12,277 nucleotides of DNA. It comes from Opitutus sp. GAS368. GTDB lineage: Bacteria > Verrucomicrobiota > Verrucomicrobiia > Opitutales > Opitutaceae. The stretch spans positions 1 to 12,277 of the forward strand of contig CAMAVZ010000053.1 of the NCBI GenBank assembly GCA_945861645.1. The letters run 5' to 3'. Made by a program: the position numbers and the translations under genes. Numbering within the stretch: the stretch's first letter is position 1; the number at the start of each line of letters is the position of its first letter. The notes under the pieces were generated by a model that saw nothing but the letters and a program-made list of their open reading frames with translations, made no database searches and was not told the origin of the DNA. Of the stretch, positions 1-7,002 are shown one piece after another.

Positions 1-4
1 AAAG

Positions 5-80
5 TGGTGGGCCCACTCGGACTTGAACCGAGAACCAAAGGATTATGAGTCCTCTGCTCTAACCATTGAGCTATAGGCCC
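5..80 (-). tRNA. tRNA-Ile2 (anticodon CAU, lysidine-modified type), CCA encoded
   Basis: The reverse complement reads GGGCCTATAGCTCAATGGTTAGAGCAGAGGACTCATAATCCTTTGGTTCTCGGTTCAAGTCCGAGTGGGCCCACCA (76 nt). It folds as a cloverleaf with acceptor GGGCCTA/TGGGCCC, anticodon loop CT-CAT-AA (anticodon at 45-47), T-loop TTCAAGT, discriminator A and CCA. G1-C72 is paired and there is no GGG/CCC anticodon stem, so it is not the initiator. The C4-G69 and C5-G68 pairs match known TilS determinants and favour Ile2 over elongator Met. Confidence 0.95.
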
Positions 81-355
81 TGACTAATAGGGCGGAGCAT
101 GGAGGAGGGAGCACGGCGCGGGGAAGTCCAAACTTACTGGCACGCGCCCGGCTTGACCCACAAAAGGGCCGGCTTAAATCGTAGGACGACTGTTTCAACC
201 AGCTCCGCCTCGCGCCTATGCGGCGGACAGCAAACTCATCTCACCGCCAACCAATTTCCATACGCTGAGAGGGTTTCTGGTTGCTCTTAGTTAAAGCCCT
301 CGACGAAAATTCCGCGGGACTACCTCTTCTGATCCGCTAATTGGATTAATTATTT

Positions 356-2035
356 ATGCCTACTCAAACTTATGATGCGATCGTGGTTGGCTCTGGCATT
401 AGCGGCGGCTGGGCCGCCAAGGAGCTCACGGAAAAAGGGCTCAAGGTTTTACTCCTCGAGCGCGGCCGCAATATTGAGCACATCAAAGATTATCCGAGCG
501 CCCTTAAGGCTCCGTGGGAATTGCCGCACCGAGGCAAAAGCTCCTTAGCGCTGCGCGAAGCCCATCCCGTGCTGCGCCGCGATTATATTCTCAATGAATC
601 GAATGTGAATTACTGGGCCGATGAAACCACCTGCCCCTATCGTGAAGACAAACCCTTTGACTGGTTTCGGGGCTATCACGTCGGGGGCCGCTCACTTTTG
701 TGGGGACGGCAAAGCTACCGCTGGAGCGACCTCGATTTTGCGGCCAATGTCGAAGAGGGGATCGCGGTCGATTGGCCGCTGCGTTACGCCGAAATGGCCC
801 CGTGGTACGATCACGTAGAGCGCTACGCTGGGATTAGTGGATCCCTCGAGGGCCTACCGCAATTACCCGATGGTCAATTCTTGCCCCCCATGGAACTCAA
901 CTGCGTGGAGCAGGAAGTTGCCCAGCGAATTAAGTCTCACTATGCCGACCAACGCCGGCTCATCATCGGCCGCGTCGCCAATTTAACGGCCCCCCATGCC
1001 GATCGCGTTAACTGTCAGTATCGCGACAAATGCTGGCAAGGGTGTCCCTTCGGCGCCTACTTCAGCACGCAGTCATCCACCCTGCCCGCGGCGGTAAAAA
1101 CCGGCAACCTCACGCTCCGGCCGTTTTCGATCGTCACAAAATTGCTATACGACCGCGATGCGCGCCAAGGAACGGGCGTCGAAATCATCGATGCCGAGAC
1201 CAAACAAGTCCGTGAGTTCAAGGCGCGCATCATCTTTCTCTGCGCCTCTACTTTTCATTCCACGGCCATTTTGATGAACTCGGCCACGGAGACCTGGCCG
1301 GATGGACTCGGTAGCAACAGCGGTGAGTTAGGGCACAATGTGATGGACCACCACTTTCGCGCCGGCGCCTCCGGGACGATGGAAGGCTTCGATGACAAAT
1401 ATGTTTTTGGGCGGCGCCCGAACGGCTTTTATATTCCCCGTTTTCAAAACTTATTAAAAGACCGTCGTGATTATCGACGGGGCTTCGGTTACCAAGGATC
1501 AGCCGGCCGCCTCGGCTGGGAGCGCGAAATTGCAGAATTAGGCATTGGCGCGGAACTCAAGGCCGCGCTGACCGAGCCAGGCCCGTGGAAAATCGGCATG
1601 ACCGGCTTTGGTGAAATCCTTCCCGATCACGCCAACCGGATGTATCTTGATCGCAGCAGCCATGATGCCTGGGGCCTCCCGATTTTCGCGTTCGATTGCG
1701 AACTCAAAGCCAACGAACGCCAAATGCGGCCCGACATGGTAAACGAAGCGGCTGAAATGTTAAGCGCGGCCGGCGCAAAAAATGTGGAGGGTCGCGATAG
1801 CGGCTACACCTTCGGCCGCGGGATTCATGAAATGGGTACGGCGCGGATGGGCCGCGAGCCGAAGACCTCGGTTCTCAATGCGCACAACCAAGTGTGGGAG
1901 GCGAAAAATGTTTTTGTTACCGACGGGGCCTGCATGACCTCCGCCGCCTGCGTTAACCCCTCCCTCACTTACATGGCCCTCACTGCGCGCGCCGCCAGTT
2001 TTGCCGCGGACGAAATGAAAAAAGGAAATTTATGA
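356..2035 (+). CDS. GMC-family FAD oxidoreductase, large subunit of a glycoside/sugar dehydrogenase (glucoside 3-dehydrogenase-like), 559 aa
   Basis: N-terminal FAD-binding Rossmann motif DAIVVGSGISGGWAAKEL, GGRSLLWG, a Cys cluster C220-x5-C226-x3-C230-P (1013-1045), and the C-terminal GMC catalytic His/Asn motifs IHEMGTARMG and VNPSLT. No signal peptide is visible. Confidence 0.93.
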   Translation: MPTQTYDAIVVGSGISGGWAAKELTEKGLKVLLLERGRNIEHIKDYPSALKAPWELPHRGKSSLALREAHPVLRRDYILNESNVNYWADETTCPYREDKPFDWFRGYHVGGRSLLWGRQSYRWSDLDFAANVEEGIAVDWPLRYAEMAPWYDHVERYAGISGSLEGLPQLPDGQFLPPMELNCVEQEVAQRIKSHYADQRRLIIGRVANLTAPHADRVNCQYRDKCWQGCPFGAYFSTQSSTLPAAVKTGNLTLRPFSIVTKLLYDRDARQGTGVEIIDAETKQVREFKARIIFLCASTFHSTAILMNSATETWPDGLGSNSGELGHNVMDHHFRAGASGTMEGFDDKYVFGRRPNGFYIPRFQNLLKDRRDYRRGFGYQGSAGRLGWEREIAELGIGAELKAALTEPGPWKIGMTGFGEILPDHANRMYLDRSSHDAWGLPIFAFDCELKANERQMRPDMVNEAAEMLSAAGAKNVEGRDSGYTFGRGIHEMGTARMGREPKTSVLNAHNQVWEAKNVFVTDGACMTSAACVNPSLTYMALTARAASFAADEMKKGNL

Positions 2036-2646
2036 ACCCCGTCCCACTCGCCCCCGCTCTGATGCACCGCCGAGAAGCCCTCGCCCGCCTCGCGCTCGTC
2101 TTGGGCAGCACCCTCGTGGGGGCCGAGTTCTTTCTCAACGGCACGCGCGCGGTGGGCCAGGAACTTGGTCCACGGTTTTCCGCCGCCGACCAAACCCTGC
2201 TCGATGCCATCGGCGAAACGATCATTCCCGCAACCGACACGCCTGGCGCCCAAGCCGTGCAGATTGGCGCGTTCATGATTATGATGGCCGGGGAATGCTA
2301 CACCCTCCCGCAGCAGCAAATCTTTCACGCTGGTCTCACCACGGTGGATGCGGCCGCCAAAAAATTAACCGGAAAGACTTTTCTGGCGGCATCAGCTACC
2401 GAGCGCACCACGCTGCTTAATCAGTTGGATGCGGAGGCTCGTTTATACTCCAAAGAAAATTCCGCCGAGGCCCCGCCGCATTACTTCAAACTCTACAAGC
2501 AGCTAACCTTGCTGGGTTATTTCACTTCGGAAATCGGGGCTACCCAAGCGCTGCGTTATCTCGAAGTGCCCGGTGCATATCGCGGCAATGATCCTTACCG
2601 CAAAGGCGACCGAGCCTGGTACACGCCCACTGGCGCGAGCCTTTGA
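2032..2646 (+). CDS. Gluconate 2-dehydrogenase subunit 3 family protein (small Tat-signal partner of the GMC enzyme)
   Basis: ATGA start/stop overlap with the GMC gene and an AAAGGA RBS-like sequence at 2021-2026. Twin-arginine signal HRREALARLALVLG (RR at 2068-2073). Family motifs ETIIPATDTPGA and LTLLGYFTSEIGATQALRY..VPG.Y.G. An alternative start exists at ATG 2062. Confidence 0.9.
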   Translation: MNPVPLAPALMHRREALARLALVLGSTLVGAEFFLNGTRAVGQELGPRFSAADQTLLDAIGETIIPATDTPGAQAVQIGAFMIMMAGECYTLPQQQIFHAGLTTVDAAAKKLTGKTFLAASATERTTLLNQLDAEARLYSKENSAEAPPHYFKLYKQLTLLGYFTSEIGATQALRYLEVPGAYRGNDPYRKGDRAWYTPTGASL

Positions 2647-2710
2647 CGGGGGCCTGCGGGGCCGAAGCAAAATCTGCAAACCACCAAGCGGCGAGCCGTC
2701 GTGGAAAGGC

Positions 2711-2741
2711 AAAAAAAGAGCCGGTCAAATTGACCGGCTCT
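2711..2741 (-). terminator. Rho-independent terminator of the pfp-like gene (possibly bidirectional)
   Basis: Perfect 11-bp inverted repeat AGAGCCGGTCA (2717-2727) / TGACCGGCTCT (2731-2741). An A7 run at 2711-2717 gives a U-tract on the minus strand. It sits about 20 nt after the pfp-like stop and between convergent genes. The plus-strand tail (TGCTTT) is weaker. Confidence 0.9.
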
Positions 2742-2763
2742 GCTTTAAAACTGTTTAGCTAAC

Positions 2764-4011
2764 TTAAGCCTCGTGGCTAGGGAGCATCTTATCGACCCGC
2801 GACTTGGTGAGCCGCACGTAGGAGGGCAGCCCATTGTCGTAAGGCACGGCAACTTCGCCTTGGATTAACGGCGTGGCATAGCGGAAGAACTGGAAGTTCA
2901 AGCTAACCCCATCTTCGTTGACCCACTCAGCCGGGAGCTTCTTCAAATTACCCACGACATCGCTCAACGCGGAGAGTCCGGTCTCGCAGGTGTAGATTTC
3001 GCCATCACCCCGCACCAAGGTGACCAGCTTATCGCTCTCGCCATTCACCGCGGCCTTGACCGCAGCTTGGCCCACGAGGAAAGCCTCGTCGGTATCGGTC
3101 TTGGAAACCAAGTGAGCGGCGGCGCGCTGCGCGACACCGAGACGAGCCACCCGGGTCTTCGCCGCGAGTTGGGACTCCACGAGATCTTTCATGAACTCGC
3201 CGACGCCACCGAGCTGTGCTTCCGTGGTGCCACTCTCAACGGAGACGTAATTGCTATCCTTGTCGATCAGGCCTTCGCTGGCGACGACGACGCAATGCTT
3301 TTCCCGTTTGAGAACCTTGCGCACGTCTTCAATGAATTTTTCGCTGCTGAAGGGAACCTCCGGCAGATAAACTAAGTGCGGTGGGTCGTTCGGATGGTCG
3401 CGGCGCTTAGCGAGCGAAGCCCCCGCGGCGAGCCAGCCTGTGTTGCGACCCATAACCTCAATGATGGTCACGAGATCGCCTTGGCCCATGGCATCGGCAT
3501 CGAGCGACAGCTCTTTAACCGTAGCTCCAATAAATTTTAGGGCGCTGCCATAACCAGGGCAGTGGTCGGTCGCCGGCATATCATTCTCGACCGTCTTAGG
3601 TAAACCCATAACGCGCAGATCGTAGCCCTGCTCTTTGGCTAGCTCGCTGATCTTAACCGCAGTTTCCAAAGAGTCGGCATCACCGATATGGAAATAAAAG
3701 CGAATATTGTGCTCCTTGAAGACCGCGAGCACGCGCTCAACGTCTTGGGCTTTCTTCAATTTGGTCCGGCAAGTCCCCAACGCCGCACCGGGCGTAAAGC
3801 GCAGACCACGAATGACCTGCTGTGACTCAGCGGCGAGATCGATGAAATCCTCGTTCAGGAGGCCAAGCACGCCATTCAGCGAGCCATATACTTCCTCAAT
3901 ACAGGAATGATTAAGCGCTTCGGCGACAACACCGGCAACGCTAGCGTTGATGACGGCGGTGGGGCCGCCGGATTGGCCGATCAAACAATTACCGACTAAT
4001 TCTTCTGCCAT
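2764..4011 (-). CDS. Phosphofructokinase family protein, PPi-dependent Pfp-like clade, with substituted active-site motifs, 415 aa
   Basis: Motifs GQSGGPTAVIN, TPGAALGTCR, PKTVEND, TDHCPGYGS, EVMGR..GW, YLPE..F, VASEG, QR.A.H..S..D..EA and PLIQGE place it in the PFK family. Lys in PKT and Asp in xxxDS are PPi-type determinants. Several catalytic positions deviate (see findings), so no gene symbol is given. Confidence 0.92.
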   Translation of the reverse strand: MAEELVGNCLIGQSGGPTAVINASVAGVVAEALNHSCIEEVYGSLNGVLGLLNEDFIDLAAESQQVIRGLRFTPGAALGTCRTKLKKAQDVERVLAVFKEHNIRFYFHIGDADSLETAVKISELAKEQGYDLRVMGLPKTVENDMPATDHCPGYGSALKFIGATVKELSLDADAMGQGDLVTIIEVMGRNTGWLAAGASLAKRRDHPNDPPHLVYLPEVPFSSEKFIEDVRKVLKREKHCVVVASEGLIDKDSNYVSVESGTTEAQLGGVGEFMKDLVESQLAAKTRVARLGVAQRAAAHLVSKTDTDEAFLVGQAAVKAAVNGESDKLVTLVRGDGEIYTCETGLSALSDVVGNLKKLPAEWVNEDGVSLNFQFFRYATPLIQGEVAVPYDNGLPSYVRLTKSRVDKMLPSHEA

Positions 4012-4061
4012 GATATAGGTTGGTTTAAAGCTGGGAAAGAAACGAAACGAACGGTCAAAAA

Positions 4062-4090
4062 AGGCTGCCGCCCGAGTGCTGGCAAATCAA
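4062..4090 (-). promoter_or_regulatory. Candidate sigma70-type promoter of the pfp-like gene
   Basis: On the minus strand TTGATT (4090-4085), a 17-nt spacer, then CAGCCT (4067-4062), which keeps the A and final T of TAnnnT. It lies 50 nt upstream of the ATG. Pattern match only. Confidence 0.35.
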
Positions 4091-4271
4091 ATCTCCCTAA
4101 ATAATACCGGTAGCGCTGACTGGTCAGATCTGGAGCAGGCGCGGCTTGAGCCACTCGGCACTTAGTCCAGCTCGGGTTGAGGACGCGTCCCACCTTCTGC
4201 TGAAAGGATTTACGCGGGCGGCAGATATGCCCGCTGGCGTGAGGCGGGCTAACAGATCCCTCTCATTTTAC

Positions 4272-5711
4272 TTACAACAGCTTGGCTGGCTGGTAGTCAG
4301 CGGCACCCTTATGTTTTTTGGCGAGCGGCTGCACCGCAGCCACAAAAGCATCTACTTGATGCGGGGCGGCGCCGACAAAGCGTTCATTCTGGGCCAAGAC
4401 CTCCAATAATTTCTTTTTGCCCAGCCCAACGCGTTTATCGCCCGCTAGCCGGCTGAGCAAATCGACCTCGCCGCCCGAACGCAGCGCTTTGGCCGCGGCT
4501 AAAGCATGTTCCTTGATCGCTTCGTGCGCAGTCTCGCGGCCGGCCCCCGCCTTCACCGCTTCCATTAAAATCGTGGTGGTCGCCAAGAAAGGGAGATTGC
4601 GCTCGTTTTCTGCGATGATGGCCGCAGGGAAAATCTCCATCTGCCGCAGCACGTTCAGGAAGGTCTCCAGCAAACCATCGATTGCGTAAAACGCATCGGG
4701 CAACGCGACGCGACGCACTACCGAACAGGAAACATCGCCCTCGTTCCACTGATGCCCAGCCAAGTTAGCGGTCATGGTTACGTAGCCTGCAATGATCGTA
4801 GAAAATCCACAGATTCGTTCGCAGTTCCGCGCATTTACTTTGTGCGGCATCGCGGAAGAACCAACCTGCCCCGCCTGAAAACCTTCGGTGAGGAGACCGG
4901 CCCCCGCCATCAAGCGTAACGTCATCGCGCAACTCGCCGCCGCCGCCCCCGCTTGGTGCAGGGCGCTCACGACATCAAAATCAAGCGAACGGGGATAAAC
5001 CTGCCCCACCGCTCCCAGTGATTGCCGAAAGCCCAGATGCTTTACGATCCGCGCTTCCAATTGGTCCACCTTCGTCGTGTCACCACCTAAGAGCGTGAGC
5101 TGATCCAATTGCGTCCCGACCGCACCTTTAAGTCCGCGCACTGGATAACGCACCAATAAATCGGTGATCCGAGCCTGCGCAATTAACAGCTCCTCGCCAA
5201 ACATCGCCAACCGCTTGCCGAGAGTCGTGGGCTGCGCCGGCACATTATGCGTCCGGCCAGTAATCATCACGTCGCGATGCGTCGCCGCTTGCCGGCTCAG
5301 CGCCAGCAGCGCCGCCGCCACTTTAAATTGCACCAACTGCAACGAACGGGCGACCTGCAACTGCTCAACATTTTCGGTTAAATCCCGACTGGTGAGCCCT
5401 AAATGAATAAATTGACGCTTGGCCAAATCTGAAAATTCCTCGATGCGGGCTTTGACGTCATGCAGCGTCACCCGCTCCCGCTCCTTGATGTGGGCGACAT
5501 CGACGTCGCTCCGGACGCGCTCATAATCCTTAATCGCCTCACTGGGAATAGCGACGCCGAGATCTTTCTGGGCCTTCATTACGGCGATCCAAAAATCGCG
5601 CTCTAATAAGATGCGGCCGTGGGCCGACCAGGTCTCTTTCATTGCCGCCGAAGCATAGCGTTCAGCCAGCACATTGGGCGTAGTTTCAGGAGCGGAGACA
5701 TTCGGCTTCAC
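4272..5711 (-). CDS. purB: Adenylosuccinate lyase, about 479 aa
   Basis: Fumarase/ASL superfamily signature GSSAMPHKVN, plus TLHDVKA, HLGLTSRDLTEN, GRTHNVPAQPTT.GKR, KGAVGT and WNEGDVSCSVVRR. The start is placed at the in-frame GTG at 5711, near the conserved PNVLAERYAS. The ORF-track TTG start at 5747 is probably too long. Confidence 0.96.
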   Translation of the reverse strand: MKPNVSAPETTPNVLAERYASAAMKETWSAHGRILLERDFWIAVMKAQKDLGVAIPSEAIKDYERVRSDVDVAHIKERERVTLHDVKARIEEFSDLAKRQFIHLGLTSRDLTENVEQLQVARSLQLVQFKVAAALLALSRQAATHRDVMITGRTHNVPAQPTTLGKRLAMFGEELLIAQARITDLLVRYPVRGLKGAVGTQLDQLTLLGGDTTKVDQLEARIVKHLGFRQSLGAVGQVYPRSLDFDVVSALHQAGAAAASCAMTLRLMAGAGLLTEGFQAGQVGSSAMPHKVNARNCERICGFSTIIAGYVTMTANLAGHQWNEGDVSCSVVRRVALPDAFYAIDGLLETFLNVLRQMEIFPAAIIAENERNLPFLATTTILMEAVKAGAGRETAHEAIKEHALAAAKALRSGGEVDLLSRLAGDKRVGLGKKKLLEVLAQNERFVGAAPHQVDAFVAAVQPLAKKHKGAADYQPAKLL

Positions 5712-5794
5712 GCCAACAACCGTTAGGCAGCGCCTCGTAGTTGCCAATGGAAAAGCGTGTCACCACGCCGACGGCCGCTACCCCCCAGCGGCGA

Positions 5795-6913
5795 TTAAGT
5801 CAGGCACCGCACCGCCATGTCGCGCAAGACCGCTTCCTGCTCATGGGGCCGGCGGATAATCTCTTCAAAGACACGCACGAATTCCTGCTGATTATCAATC
5901 AAGCGCCGGAGCGGTGGAAGTTTGGCGTTACTCACCAACTTGCCCACGTACCATTGGTTCTGCGTAAAGAAATTGTAGGAGCTTTTTTCGGCATCCCCGC
6001 CAAAATGTTTCGCATAGGCCGCCTGCGTCCGCGCCCAGGCGGCTTTATCAAAGCCATACGGCCCGGGTGCGCGCAAATCACCCGCATCGAGCAGCACCCG
6101 ACCCTGCAGTAAAATGCGATTCCGGTTTTGAAAGGCGCTAATGATGGGCCGCGCATCCCCGCCGGCAAAAAAATGCCGCTGGAGTTCGACCAGTGTACCG
6201 GGAAGATCCCCCGCAAAAAACCGATCGGCGGCCGCAAAAAAATCTCCTTCCGCAAAATTAGGCGTCAATTCCTCCACGTGCGCTTCTGCAATCACCGCAG
6301 CCGTAGCCCCGCCGCTCGCATAAGTTGACAGCTTGCGCGTCTCTTCGGTTAACAGCCGAGTATTCGGGCCCACTTTCTGCAGCAACAACTCGATCGCACC
6401 GGATGCAAAACTGGCGCCGAAGCTACGCGCTTCCTCTTGCACAATCGCCGCTAAAGTTGCGCCAGCCTCCTCACTATCTCCGCCCGCTAGAGTGAAATCA
6501 GCCTGCGCTTCACTCCATTTAGCAAAAGCCCGGCGCCGGTCAACCGGCGCCGCGGTGACGATTACCGCCACCTCGGCCGGATTGATCTGCGTCAGCAATT
6601 CCTGCAGCGCGGCCACTTGCTGCAGGGTGCCTTCCGCGCGGCCAGTGATACTATCCGCCAGAAAATTCACATCCTTAAACCAAATGATCCGCTGCCCCCC
6701 AAACATCGGCATCGTCTGCACCACTTCGCGGAAACGAGCGACCGCCGTCTCCACCTCGGCAACGTTGCCGGCAAACCCGCTAATAATTTCTCGCGAGAAT
6801 TCGTCCGCCTTCGTCGCCAACGCCAAAGCCTCAAAACGCTCCCGCCCGAGCCGGTTAACAATAAAGTCGTCCGGCCCGCAGATGAACGTAAAATTTTTAG
6901 CCGCCGCGGACAT
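5795..6913 (-). CDS. holA: DNA polymerase III subunit delta, about 372 aa
   Basis: HolA pattern: N-terminal FICG.DDFIV, T.PMFGG.RIIW.K, VDRRRAFAK, AIELL..KVG.N...L..E..KL..Y, I...HVEEL and F...D. The start is placed at ATG 6913 (MSAAAKNF). Confidence 0.88.
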   Translation of the reverse strand: MSAAAKNFTFICGPDDFIVNRLGRERFEALALATKADEFSREIISGFAGNVAEVETAVARFREVVQTMPMFGGQRIIWFKDVNFLADSITGRAEGTLQQVAALQELLTQINPAEVAVIVTAAPVDRRRAFAKWSEAQADFTLAGGDSEEAGATLAAIVQEEARSFGASFASGAIELLLQKVGPNTRLLTEETRKLSTYASGGATAAVIAEAHVEELTPNFAEGDFFAAADRFFAGDLPGTLVELQRHFFAGGDARPIISAFQNRNRILLQGRVLLDAGDLRAPGPYGFDKAAWARTQAAYAKHFGGDAEKSSYNFFTQNQWYVGKLVSNAKLPPLRRLIDNQQEFVRVFEEIIRRPHEQEAVLRDMAVRCLT

Positions 6914-7002
6914 GGCCGTGATTTGCCCATGAAACGACCGAAAGCGCACGAAAAAAGTTACGGCTACTACCAGCGGCCCATGATTATTACCTCAGCCCAA
7001 GA

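Noticed and set aside
5-80. tRNA-Met assignment from the CAT anticodon
   Set aside because: It lacks initiator features, and its acceptor-stem pairs C4-G69 and C5-G68 fit TilS-modified tRNA-Ile2 better.
99-290. 63-aa ORF between the tRNA and the GMC gene
   Set aside because: It has no recognisable motif and occupies the divergent promoter region.
1-2646. tRNA-anchored genomic island carrying the GMC pair
   Set aside because: The GMC genes lie on the 5' side of the tRNA, whereas integration usually occurs at the 3' end, which points out of the window. No integrase, att duplicate or obvious compositional shift is visible.
4117-4150. SRP (4.5S) RNA, suggested by GGTCAGATCTGGAGCAG
   Set aside because: The conserved GGAA-tetraloop / GGAAGCAG domain IV pattern is not present, so the resemblance is partial only.
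3996-4409. Short ORFs 3996..4193 (-) and 4146..4409 (+)
   Set aside because: They use non-ATG starts, overlap pfp or purB, and show no family motifs.
5699-5701. Out-of-frame ATG near the purB start suggesting a frameshift
   Set aside because: An in-frame GTG at 5711 gives an intact gene, so no frameshift is needed.
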